NCBI GenBank assembly: GCA_951406725.2
Contig: OX597818.1
Span: forward strand, 27,032,001-27,096,000
Direction of reading: 5' to 3'
From: Octopus vulgaris
Lineage: Eukaryota
DNA length: 64,000 nucleotides
Shown here: one piece after another, positions 39,480 through 51,609 of the stretch
Layout: each line of letters begins with the position of its first letter
Numbering within the stretch: the first letter of the stretch is position 1
Notes under the pieces: generated by a model
The model's database searches: none
The model's input: only the letters and a program-made list of their open reading frames with translations
Told to the model about the DNA's origin: nothing
Position numbers and translations under genes: made by a program

Positions 39480-40156
39480 TAAGAAGTGGAGTTAAACGCA
39501 GGTATTATTCAAATCTTTATACTTCTGACATATGTTTCGAAGAAAACATTGGTATTATTCCTGAGGGAATAAAATGATGTAAAACAATGTAATCATCTCA
39601 TCAGGGAGAAAAGAGAAACAACACTCATCAATAAGCCATTTTAACCGAATGTGATTACTGCGTATATGATGAAGGGAATTTTATCCCCTGTAATTCAAGA
39701 TACCATTCCATTATCAACTCACACCGAATTAGAATAGGATTTTCAAACACCAAAAACCTTTCACAAATCATCTCTTCATATAACAATAAGTTGTTAAATA
39801 ACAAATCCACTTAATAAAAATAATAACATTGATATTATTAACACTAACCATTCTTTGAACAATAATAACAACAATATTAGTATTTCTGATATAAATTGGA
39901 ATCGCATTTGTTTCCTTAGCAGTAATTCTAAGACTAGAAACTCTGTTTATCAATGTAAAAATTACTTCCGGTTCTGATGTCTTTTTTTACATATGTAGTT
40001 CTTCATCTCAGTTGTCCAAAAGAATATCTAACCATTACTCTACATTTAGACACATCAATAAACGCAACAATACTGGGCTTAGTAAATTAATTTGGTCTCT
40101 AAAGGAATGTAATAAACAATTTGGTTTTGAATGGAATATTCTATCTAGACCCTAAC
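39480..40156 (+). mobile_element. Penelope-like element remnant: inverted HHR-bearing terminal repeat and GIY-YIG domain
   Basis: IRIGFSNTKNLSQIISSYNNKLL, then SVYQCK/ITSGSDVFFYICSSSSQLSKRISNHYSTFRH...TGLSKLIWSLK...EWNILSR (one +1 frameshift near 39960). HHR on minus at 39523-39608. Confidence 0.85.
39523..39608 (-). ncRNA. Hammerhead ribozyme motif (PLE type) with extended stem II
   Basis: CTGATGA-GATGattACATTG...CAATGTtttcTTC-GAAA-CATATG-TC: intact core, palindromic ACATATGT stem III, GUC triplet; stem I weak. Confidence 0.65.
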
Positions 40157-40289
40157 ATTAGAACAATACAATTGTAACAATATGGTGATGAGCCAGAATT
40201 GACAAAATGAATATAAGTCAAAATCAGCTCTTTATCATATATTAATAGTTAAAAACCACTCGTATCAGTTCAGCAGAGCAAAAACAGAG

Positions 40290-40448
40290 GGAATAGAAAA
40301 CCAGAGATTATTTCACAATATCCTGTAGGGAGTTTTCTGTGTGGTGTTGTAAGTTGATATAATGCAGTGGAATAGAAAACCAGAGATTATTTCACAATAT
40401 CCTGTAGGGAGTTTTCTGTGTGGTGATGTAAGTTGATATAAGGCAGTG
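40290..40448 (+). repeat. 79-bp tandem duplication
   Basis: ggaatagaaaaccagagattatttcac... occurs at 40290 and 40369 with about two mismatches. Confidence 0.95.
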
Positions 40449-41453
40449 GTTACCTAGAGTAGTGTTCATTATTTGCTGACAGTCAGGTTGTCAAAAAAAG
40501 AATCAGTGGAAATTATTCTCATGACAGAAGTTTTGGTGATAGTATCTGCTAGAGAAAGCATTTCTTGAAGTCATGCTTCTTTGCTCATGTCAGTTTGTCT
40601 TGTCTCCCTCTATCAGCTTGCTGCTCACTAACTGCTGACCCAACCAAGTCTGCTTCTATGTTAGTGTAACTGCCTGTTTGCTACTCTTTTTTGTAAGCTG
40701 TAATTACTTAACTTCATTCAAAGCCTAACTTGATCAACACTTTTGAATTTGTTATAATTTTTTCTGACATAAGCCAAAAGCTATGATGTGTAGTTGTTGG
40801 ACGTCATTGTTTGGGTTTTTCTTGATGTCATCACATCTGTAACTTGTTTATCCAAACTCTCAACATTTAAACTTGATCTAACCACAGTTGAGAGAGAAAG
40901 GATAATCAACCCCAGCAGTAGGCAATTACTTTATTTATCTGTCCTCCAAAGAATGAAAGGTAGAATTGATTTTGGTAGAATTCGAACTTGAAGTTGGAAC
41001 AAATGCCACAAGAAAACTCTCTAATGACATTGCCTAAATGCTAAGGATGTTGACCTGCAAGTCGACGGTTGCCAGTAGTTTATATTTATTTCATGTACAT
41101 GTTGAACATGTGTTGGGAAGTCTTTACACAGTCCTCTTATAAATTGTTTGCTTGAATTTGCTTCTCTCTTGGGTTGTAACAGATCCAAAATTCATTGTTT
41201 CCCAGGTCTCAGTCTAGTGCCCAGATTTGGAACAGGCAACCTATAGTTATATGCTTATGGTGAACACATATGAAGACAAGATATGGAATTGGCTAGGCAG
41301 TTTGTCAACAGGTTTCATATTACTAGGAAAGGAACCTTGTTCAGCTCCTGCTGGTATGCCTGCTGGCCTGTTCAATTGAAGAGCTACAAGTCAATGTTTG
41401 AAAAAGATGGGCAAAAAGAGATTACACAGTAGAGATAAAGAATTATGTACATT

Positions 41454-41685
41454 ATTTACATTGTTTACATTTGATAGATATTTGTCCTCATTGTGCTTGT
41501 TGTTAACACAACATTTCAGCTGATATACCTTCCAGCCTTCATCAGGTGTCTTGGGGGAAATGAGAACCCAGGTTCAAAATTTCCCCAAGACACCTGATGA
41601 AGGCTGGAGGGTATATCAGCTGAAACATTGTGTTAACAACAAACACGATGAGGACAAATAGCCATCAAATGTAAATAATGTAAAT
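41454..41685. mobile_element. ~230-bp palindrome of two inverted PLE-type terminal repeats, each carrying an HHR motif
   Basis: The arms are reverse complements around a ~20-nt spacer. The + arm reads acac-CTGATGA-A-GGCTG-N10-CAGCT-GAAA-CATT-gtgt (41590-41633). Confidence 0.8.
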
Positions 41686-44581
41686 GAAGTAATAACTCAC
41701 TTTACAATGATCTGTTTTACTAGACTCTGAGTTTATGAGTTTTATTTTATAATAAATATAAAGATCCAAATTTTGAATGAAGCACAAACATTTCTACTAC
41801 CATAACAAATGCTTCTGCATGTTACCAAGAAATTTATAGAGAGTAAAAGAAAGCTTCTAAGCAAACAACTTTAAACTTGTTTTTTAAAAAGAAATCTACA
41901 AATCTGTTTATGAGTGCTTGTGAATCGGTGATCACATTTACAAGTGATGGTGTGCACGAGTCTAGTGTGAGTGAAAGTGATTCAGAAAACGATTATAATA
42001 ATGATATTTTTTATTATAAATGATCTTGACATTCCTTTTACTTTACATAAAATATTCTTTACATTCTACTGTTGTTCTATTGCCATTTATTTACAAGTAT
42101 TATGAATTTTATAGGTGAAATATTTTTCTGTGAATGAATTATGATTTATAACATTGCTGCTATAGGAAATTATTGCTCTGCTTTATGAGTGGTCTCTGGG
42201 AACAAATTAACTCTTACATGGAGGCATTGCTATATTTCAGAGGAATGTAGCTGTGGTATTTCATGTAAGATGTAAGAGGTGAACAAAGCTCATAGGAAGA
42301 AACAGAGAAGAGTAAGTGTCTAAGTGGAGGAAGTGTACTGTCAGCTATTTCAGAGGAGGAGAGACCATTGTAGCAATTAAAAAAGTAAATAAAGAGAGCC
42401 ATGTGTCTGTAAGCTGCTGGTGGTTGTCATATAGTTTGAGTGCAGTCAAGGATATCTGTGTGTGTGCTAACAATCCTCAGTTCTATACACAAAGGCAATA
42501 TTCCAATGTAGATTACACCCAAGCTTTCTGATAAGAAACTGATCAGGGTTGAATTATTTTATGTTCAAAGAGAGAAATCTTAGTTTTTGTGATGCAGTTT
42601 TGGCAATATTATGTATGTTGCCATAAGTGATTATATATTGTGGGGTCAAATATTTGAAGTGACTTTGAAAGTTTTAATTGCATGTTATTCATGACTAAAG
42701 TGGGTAGGGTTTCTTTGGTATGTGTAGTGATTGTCTTGAACTGTTAAAAAAGACTAGGTTGTTATGTTCCTATTTTAGAATCTTCTCAAGGGCGTTGTTC
42801 ATGAAAGCAAATCTATCATATAGTGTTTAGCATATAAATGGATGATGTTTATGCACGAAGGGCAGCATCACTTCAATATGTGTATGCTGTCAGGAGGGAG
42901 GTGAGTAAGTAATTAATGTACAAAAAGGAATGTGTAGGATACATCACCAAACCTCTAGAACATCAGAATTAATAGAGTATGGATTGGAAACATCTATCAG
43001 AATACACTGTGGTCTGATAAGAAATTTCAAATCCAAGAAATGATTGACAGATATAAGTTATAGTTGGACAAGTTTATATAGAAGGTTTTAATGCCAATGG
43101 CTGTTAAAGGCTTTGATGATATCAAGTACAATGGCATTGTTTCTATTAAAGTTCACAAGGACAACTGATTACTGATGAATGACATACGAGAGAAATCCCA
43201 AGTCAAACCATTGTCTCTATTTCTCATTGCTTTGTTTGAAGGCATATCATTCTCCCTGTCAGGAACACTAGTTTCCAGTTACAATTCCAAAGAAGTGCTT
43301 TTATGCCTCTCAGAACTTTTTTTTTATATTTCATCTTTGTGTAGAATAGTTTTTCTTGTATCAGTGAATTAATTTGTTTCCCTTTGTTGTTTTGCACCAG
43401 ATTTAGCCCTGATCAAGCAGATTTATGATATTCCAACTGTGACAGTCATTCATTAAAAATTTTTTTGCAACAAAATATTTCTTGAACTACATAATCTAAT
43501 GTGCTGCCCTATTTTTAAGACTGCAGAATATTATTTGAAGGGGTTTGGCTGCTCTTTCTAGCTTGTAAAGGTTCTCTTGTTAGTTCAATTTAGTCTCTTT
43601 TTCTAAATTTTCTAAGTTTCCATTTATTAGTTCACCTGGACATTCTTTCATTTTTATGATCAGTTGGGATTATCAAAATCTCATGATGGCATTTTAATTC
43701 TTTTTGTAACAATGTTAATGAAATAATATAGCTATTTGAATACCAAATGTACATTTATTGCATCAAATTTTGCCTAGTGTTGTTCATGTAGATAAACTAA
43801 GTATTTTAGGGAAAGGTGTTTTTGCTTTTTATGTTTTCTTAAAACTGTCATGGGTTCACATTATTTTCAGTGCCAAGGGGTCATAATTTCTAGCTGATTA
43901 AACTACAAAACAAAGAAATATTTTTTTTATTTTAACTAATTTGACTTTTTCCCTCACCTATTATAACTATTTGTCTTTCCTTCACATCATGTCATCAACA
44001 ACATCACTATCCTTTTAACCAATTCAATGAATAAACACTAATGCCACTTCCCCAGTTTTCATTAGCATAACAACAGCAAGTGTGCCCCTGAGCCTTCCTT
44101 GAAAATATACATATGGAAAGAGCAGAATTACAGAAAGACTAACAACACTACCTATATTGGTTAGCAACTGCACTCCTATACATGTTTTATATCCTGTTTT
44201 ATATCTGAATAAAATGCAAATTATTCTCAGCTTGTTATCGATATGTTTGTTTAGGGAAAAAAAAGAAAAAAGAAGGAATAGCAAAAAATAAATAAATAAC
44301 CATATAGACCAAAGAAATACAGAAAAACTAGCCAAACATACTATCTGTTCTATGTTGAATTACATTTAATTAATCGTAATTATTTTGTCACTTCTCTGTT
44401 CATATGTAATAACAGAGAAAACATTTGAGTCCAAAAATTAGAATAGAGTAAATTTAGTAACATCCCAAGCTCCTTTATTATGAGCATATACCACTGTCAG
44501 CTGAAAGAAACATTTATTTTTTAATGAAAGCTTGCTTTTTTTGTGAATAGTAAGAGTAGTAGTATTGTCCAGTTTTGAACA

Positions 44582-44776
44582 CTACACTTCCTGCACATCA
44601 CCCCCATTATCCCTGTTATCCTCCACTGACTCCTTTGAGAGTCTAAATTTATTCACTGGTGGCTTATTGACAAAACTGTTTTCTTTTGCTCCACTTAATT
44701 CAATCCCTGACCCTAACATTACTCCCTTGTTGCCAACAAAAAAATTGTCATTTCTTTCATGAAACAGTATTCCTCC
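44582..44776 (-). CDS. Weak candidate terminal exon (GGILFHERNDNFF...DVQEV*)
   Basis: 64 open codons follow a TAG acceptor with a weak pyrimidine tract; AATAAA lies ~65 nt past the stop. No recognised homology. Confidence 0.15.
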   Translation of the reverse strand, partial: GGILFHERNDNFFVGNKGVMLGSGIELSGAKENSFVNKPPVNKFRLSKESVEDNRDNGGDVQEV

Positions 44777-45109
44777 CTAATACAATGTTCCAGGTGGGCT
44801 TTATAAATTATTTCTATATCATATACTAATAGGAACACACTGTCTTAAAGTTAGTGTACTTGGCAACGAGTTTGATTTTACTGTATATGATTATTAATAA
44901 ATATGTTTGTGTGTGTGCATGCATATGTGTGAGAGAGAGAAAGAGGGAGAGAAAGAGAGAGAGAGAGTGTGTGTGTGTGTGTGTGTGTGTGTGAGTATAG
45001 TAATAGAAGGAAAAAATATTTCCAGACATGACTGTGTTTGTTGGTTCTGGGTTCAGTTCCATTGTGTGATACAGTGGGCAAGTGTCTGAGTCAACAATAC
45101 AACAAACAG

Positions 45110-46745
45110 TGTTTTCCCTCAACCTATGATTGACAAAATAGTGCATAATCCAAAGTAATTTCTTGAACTCCAGAATTCAATTGCACAGACAAGTCTAAAG
45201 ATTTTAGATATTATGGAAGAAGACATAGTTAATGATCTAGATTCAAATTCAGCACCAGGACCAGATGGTCTCCCAGCCATACTATTGAAAACTTGCAAAA
45301 ACAGCCTTGCCAAACCATTAAAGTTGCTATTTCAAAAGTCACTTAAAACCAGCATATTCCAAGAACTATTGAAAGAAGCAACAGTAACACCTACCCATAA
45401 AAAGCTAAAAATTACAGACCTGTTCTCTCACATCTCACACATCTAAAATTGTAGAACTCATTGTCCAGAAAAGAATAACTGTTTATCTTAGGGAAAACAA
45501 CCTCTTTGATAAAACACTGCATGGTTTTCGGACTGAATGACGGATAATCATGGAATCATCTGTCATAGGATAAGGGATCTTGGTATCATAAGAAAACTCG
45601 GGAGAATGGCTCTTTGACTTCCTAAGGGATAGGAATCAATCTGTTGCTGCAAACGGTTGTCTCTCAGCAAAGTCACCCATAATAAGTGGTATACCTCAGG
45701 GTACGGTAATCCTATCAGGCATAAGCTCACAAGTGCAATCGGCCAACCTTATGAGTTACACTGAGAAAACAAAAATATTAATGTCTATCCAAACTCTAGA
45801 AGATTCCATCACACTCCAAAATGACCTAAACATCATTTATCAATGGGTGGATAAAAATAATATGAAATTTAATGCATCAAAATTTCAGGCACTTCATTAT
45901 AGAGGGAATAGACACAAATCCCAATATTTGGTGCCAGATGATACAATGATTCAGAGCACTGACGACATACAGGATTTAAGAATAATCATGTTAAATGAAA
46001 CATCTTTCATCAGTCACCTCACCAAACTGACCTCTAAATGCAGGCATCTCATAGGATGAATCCTAAGATCCTTCACAACAAGAGAACTGGTAGTTATGCT
46101 AACTCTTTGGAAAACCTTAGTTCTGAGCAGATTAGATTACTGCTCACAGCTTTGGTCTCCAAATTCACCTAGTCTCACAGAAGAAATTGAAGGGTTACAA
46201 AGAACATTCACCAGTAAAATAATTTCAGTTAATAGCCTTAATTACTGGGAATGCCTGAAAGCTCTGTGTCTCTACTCTCTTGAAAGCCAATGTGATAGAT
46301 ATACTATTATATATGTATGGAAGATCCTGGAAGAGCATGTTCCAAACATTGGCATTAAAATAAATTTTAATGCTTGAACTGGTAGGTACTGTCAGCTTCC
46401 AAATATACCATCTTCAGACTCACGAGCAAAAACACTCTACTGTACCAATATAATATTCAGAGGTCTTCAAGTATCCAACTGGTTACCCAAAGAGATTAGA
46501 AATATAAAAAGAACCTCCACAGAAACTTTCAAAAAAGCAGTGGATAAACTCCTAACAGTGTTACTGGACCAACCAACCATTCAAGGATACAGTTAGGGGA
46601 GATCAGAAACTACAAACTCAATCATCAACCAACTTTCAATTATAAAGTGACAACAAGACTAAAAAGAAAAAAAATTAAGGTGGTACTCCAGCATGGTTGC
46701 AGTTGAGCGACTGAAACCATTAAAAGAATAAATGAATAAAGAATA
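45110..46745 (+). mobile_element. 5'-truncated CR1-group LINE with internal deletions
   Basis: SAPGPDG, HGFR, SGIPQGTV, WVDKNNMKFNASKFQ, LDYCSQLWSP and YWECLKALCLYSLE. Tail ggtactccagcatggttgcagt...ctgaaacc. Confidence 0.92.
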
Positions 46746-46749
46746 TACT

Positions 46750-47000
46750 ACATGTCAGTGCCATGTAAAAAGCATGTGCCAGCACCACATAAAAAGAACC
46801 CATGCTGGTACCATGTAAGAAGCACCTGTGCCTGTCATGTAAGGTGCATCCGTGCCAGCACCACATATAAGGCACCTATGCTAGTACCACATAAAAAGCA
46901 CCCAGTACACTCTGTAAAGTGGTTGGGTGTTATGAAGGTCATCCAGCTGTAAAAACCATGCCAAACAGACAAGTGGAGCCTGGTGTAGCCCTCCAGCTTG
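46750..47000 (+). repeat. Family C derivative with ~25-bp tandem units (gccagcaccacataaaaagcacc)
   Basis: About six degenerate units followed by the gtggttgg...catccagctgtaaaaac family C core. Confidence 0.65.
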
Positions 47001-47144
47001 TCCCACACAACAATATCTGAGTGGTTGCATTTTAACTTAGTGGCTATTTTAAAATTTTAAATTCCACCAATATTCTTTTGACCCATTGGTCTCAATATAG
47101 TCAACTTCATCTGTAGGTGTTTTTTTTGTTGTTATCTTGTTACA

Positions 47145-47292
47145 TGTATGTATGCATGTATGTATGTATGTATGTATGTATGTATGTATGTATGTATGTA
47201 TGTATGGATGGATGGATGGATGGATGGATGTATGTATGTATGGATGGATGGATGGATGGATGGATGGATGTATGCATGCATGCATGTATGTA
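47145..47292. repeat. (TATG)n/(TGGA)n microsatellite
   Basis: Direct inspection. Confidence 0.95.
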
Positions 47293-48652
47293 TATCTTTT
47301 TTGTATAATGGGTAAGAAAATATCTAAAGTCATACAGACAGATTAGTGCTCAAACCAGAACAAATACCCAAAATCCAACATCAAATGAAGAGTGACATAA
47401 TCCAGGTAAACAAGAGTTAGCTTTAAGAAATGCACCAGTTGAGCTAATAAAGGTAAAGTAAAGTAAAAGATGGACAGGCAGTTGTAAACAGCATCAAAGC
47501 ATTTATAAATAAGCTATGCAGATGTGTATATAAATATAATTAAGAAGAAAAACAGGAAAATGAGAGTCCATAATAGTTTTTCATAGACAGGTAGATATTT
47601 GAAGAGTTCTTTCATAAACATCAAAGATAAAAGAGAGAAGAATCCAAGGCAGTCCTTTACAGGACTGCATGTATGTAAGTAGCTAAGTATATGTGAATGG
47701 TATATATGTATTTATGTGTATGGGATGTATATTTGTATGTGTATATGCACATATCTCTGTATGTGCAAAGATAGCATCATTTGCTTGAGCTCTTGTACTG
47801 TAAAATCTGAAAGAATTCCTCCACTCCCCTCACTCCTCAAGTTATATATAAAAATATATCAAAATAGTTACTTTAGACACACAATATTAGATTAGAGTCT
47901 CAAGTAGCAGAGTTACAAAAAATTACCATATTATCTTCTGCAAGAATATTTCACAACATCACTGAGAATTGAGGACACTTGTCAACGGATTGCAAGACGT
48001 CTCACTGCACACATACAGTCACAAGTTTTAAGGTGGTTCTTTGATTCTTAGGAAGTCAGTTGTGAAGGAATACTATTGCAAAACAAAATTTCGAACCATA
48101 AGGAGTTTATTCTTTTAAAAGAATTTTTTTTATTGACGCAAATGTTAAGCTAAAATTAAACTACATTATAATCCTAAGGAGTTAACAACTATAAAGAAAG
48201 AAACAAAAAAAAAAAATCAGGATTGTTATGACTTGATTTAACCTAATCATCTCATGCAAGACTATGAGGGTTTTGTAATCTTAATCGTGCCAACTAAAAG
48301 CTTGTTTTAAGATTTCGTTTATGACATTCTGCAGCATGCAATTAATTTCAAGCCTTGACTTAGAATCATGTTACAACTCAAGTCTGATTAATGACAGAAA
48401 GTTGTTTTACTACAGATGATTAAAATTAAATGCAAATTGTTGATGAGGATTAAATATCATCCTTGATTTGTGTAAAGCAATACTGAACAATCTGAAACAA
48501 GCTAAAGATGCACAAGAACATGGGTATTTTACTTTATACATATGTGCACATGCATACAAACATACGCACACACATATATATGATTGTTCCGCCTGTGTAT
48601 GCATATGTACAAATATATATATATATATATGTATAGAGTGTTAGGTGTGGTC

Positions 48653-48908
48653 TACAGATATTGAATAATGAAGAAAAAGGTCACCAGAATTTTGGAAAAA
48701 ATATCTTTTTATTTCTTCATTATTATTAGTGGTTTGGTTCGTTTTTCGAACTTGTCACATAGAATTTTTGACAAGTTCGAGAAACAAATGAAAGCGCTAA
48801 TAATAATGAAGAAATAAAAAGATTTTTTCCAAAATTTTGGCGACCTTTTTTCTCAATATATATCTGTGTATGTATATACATATGTATACACACACACACA
48901 TATATATA
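48653..48908. repeat. Palindromic PLE-like repeat, left copy
   Basis: Self-complementary around 48760; reverse complement of 50734-50991. Confidence 0.9.
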
Positions 48909-48938
48909 TATGTACATACATATATATATATGTATATA

Positions 48939-49047
<109 letters not shown>

Positions 49048-49054
49048 GTACATA

Positions 49055-50733
49055 CACTTGCGTCGGAAATTAATTAGCACTTCTCAAATTTCTACATTTT
49101 CTTACATTTTCTTAATTTAATTAACTTATTATCAGAAACGAACTCGTTTTTAATCAAAAATTTATTAAAACATATCCCAGCACACCACATAATTGTTATT
49201 AATCGTGAAATTTAGTCAATATCTTGTTGCTCCTCCTTTGGCAGCAATGACAGCTGCTACGCAGGTTGGCATGTTGTCTATGAGTGCCTGCAGGTACTGT
49301 GCAGGGATGGCCCTCCATGCAGCAAGAAGTGCCCCAAACAGCTCGTGTCGGTTCCTGTATTGCTGCACATTCAAATCCCTACCCAATCGACTCCAGAGGT
49401 TCTCAATAGGGTTCAGGTCAGGTGACTGGCCAGGCCAGTCCATGACCATCACCCCATGGTCCTTGAAGAAACCGGTTGTGAGCTTGGCTGTGTGGGAAGG
49501 CGCGTTGTCCTGCTGGAGCACGTACTCCTCGCCACCAAAGAGGTATCCCGTACTATCTCAACGTACTTTGCTGCGTTGATGTTGCCTTCGACGGCATAGA
49601 GCCGCCCAACACCACTGTAGCTGAACGCCCCTCACACCATCAGACCACCCCCACCATGCTTCATGGTGGGAGCAATGCAGTCTTTGTTGAAGCGCTCACC
49701 CCTGCAGCGTCGCACATGGACAGGCTTGTCACTGACGAGACTGAATCGCGACTCGTCAGTGAACATCACTGTCTGCCACTGCTGCACGGTCCATGTCTTG
49801 TGGGCACGGGCCCAGAGCAGCCGCCTCTTCCGGTTTTGGGCTGTAAGGAGCGGCTTCCAGTAATCTGGTCTTGACGGTGGTTGTAGACAACTGCTTCTCT
49901 GTCATCTTTTGCATCTCCTCCGCCAGTTGCCGGCTCGTTGCCCTTCGGTTGTACAGTGACTTTCGGATCAGCATCCGGTCCTCCTGCTGGGTCGTCAGCC
50001 TCTTCCGTCCCCTACCCTTTTTGTCAGCTGCTGATCTGGTTTCCTCGTATTTCTTAAATAAGCACTGAATTGTGCGCCTGGCTACACCAAGTTTTCTGGC
50101 TATTGCAGCCTCCGACAGCTTCCCACGCCACGAGAGAGCCTCGTACCGTCTCTCCAAGGTCATGAGAGGTCCTGGGCCCATCTAGGAATGAACGATAAAA
50201 ACCAGTTATTTTCATTAAAACTATTCATTTGAATAATGTTATGCTATAACAAAACTACTATGAGTTATTATTCATTAAACAAAAAAGAAAGAAAGCAGAA
50301 TTTCTCACCTTATTTGATGTATAACAGAAAGTTTTGTGAACCAGAAGTGACGTCATCAAGCAGAGTGTAGGAGAATTTGTGAGGAAAAAAAATCTTGCAA
50401 ATACACAAATCAATTAACCTACGAGCTGTTCAAAACGTCTTACGCGATGAGAAAACGTAGTACGGTGTGATTTCGGTCCTTGCGAGGCGCTACCTATATC
50501 TATTAAACAAAGGAAGATTTGTCTGCATCCGCACTCCAAGTTGTTGTTGCACTGCTATGTCCACATCATTAGGCTGTAGACTCTCAAACTGCTCTGCAAA
50601 CAAAGTTACGTCATCGTTCTGCACAACAGTGAACTCACAACAAAGCAATAGTTCGAGATATGGCCACTAGGTGACAGCAAATACCTTGAGTGAAGAGCAA
50701 ATCAAGGGTGCTAATTAATTTCTGATGGTAGTG
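49055..50733 (-). mobile_element. Tc1-family (DD34E) transposon with frameshifts
   Basis: TIRs cacttgcgtcggaaattaattagcac / gtgctaattaatttctgatggtagtg with TA flanks. Paired-like HTH with GRKR, VMFTDESRF, and QQDNAPSH-34-E (SPDLNPIENLW). Confidence 0.95.
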
Positions 50734-50991
50734 TATATATATGTGTGTGTGTGTGTATACATATGTATATACATACACAGATATATATTGAGAAAAAAGG
50801 TCGCCAAAATTTTGGAAAAAATCTTTTTATTTCTTCATTATTATTAGCGCTTTCATTTGTTTCTCAAACTTGTCAAAAATTCTATGTGACAAGTTCGAGA
50901 AACGAACCAAACCACTAATAATAATGAAGAAATAAAAAGATATTTTTTCCAAAATTCTGGTGACCTTTTTCTTCATTATTCAATATCTGTA
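50734..50991. repeat. Palindromic PLE-like repeat, right (inverted) copy
   Basis: About two mismatches to the reverse complement of 48653-48908. Confidence 0.9.
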
Positions 50992-51249
50992 TACACACAC
51001 ACACATATATATATATGTACATATATAATAATAAATATTAGGGAATAAATCCAAATTTACAGGGAAAAAATCAGATTTAGGATTAAATCCAATTTTATAG
51101 TAAAATATTATATAATATTAATTCGAGACAAAACCACTATTTTGCAAAACAAACAAGGAAAGACTTAATCAATACATAAAAATTTTAATATAAAATACAT
51201 ATATATATATGTATATATATGTATATATATGTATATATATATATATATA

Positions 51250-51592
51250 AAGGGTAAAGACCCCCTTCGGTCATGAATGACCATGGGGTTGCACCTAGAA
51301 AGTTACCCTCCTAGACACAAGTCTGGGCAAGGTTGTTAATGGAAGACCAGCAGTCGCCCATGCATACCAGCCTCCCCTCTCCACGCCACCAGTGTTATCC
51401 AAGGGAAAGACAAAGGTCGATACAGCTTGGCACCAGTGACGTCGCAACTCATTTCTACAGCTGAGTGAACTGGAGCAACGTGAAATAAAGTGCCTTGCTC
51501 AAGAACACAACACGCAGTCCGGTCCGGCATTCGAGCTCACAACCTCACGATCGTAAGCTCGACGCTCTAACCACTGAGCCATGCGCCTTCAC
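51250..51592 (-). mobile_element. tRNA-derived CORE-like SINE (family D)
   Basis: Minus: A box TGGCTCAGTGG, B-box-like GAGCTCGAATGCC, and CORE-like tgtgttcttgagcaaggcacttt. An older relative lies at ~37290-37520. Confidence 0.85.
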
Positions 51593-51609
51593 ATATATAT
51601 ATATATATA

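Noticed and set aside
40290-40448. Direct repeats as a possible CRISPR-like array (also 46750-46950)
   Set aside because: These are simple tandem duplications without unique spacers, in a eukaryotic context with no cas genes.
51520-51592. tRNA-like sequence
   Set aside because: It is a SINE head continuing into a CORE-like body, with no proper acceptor stem.
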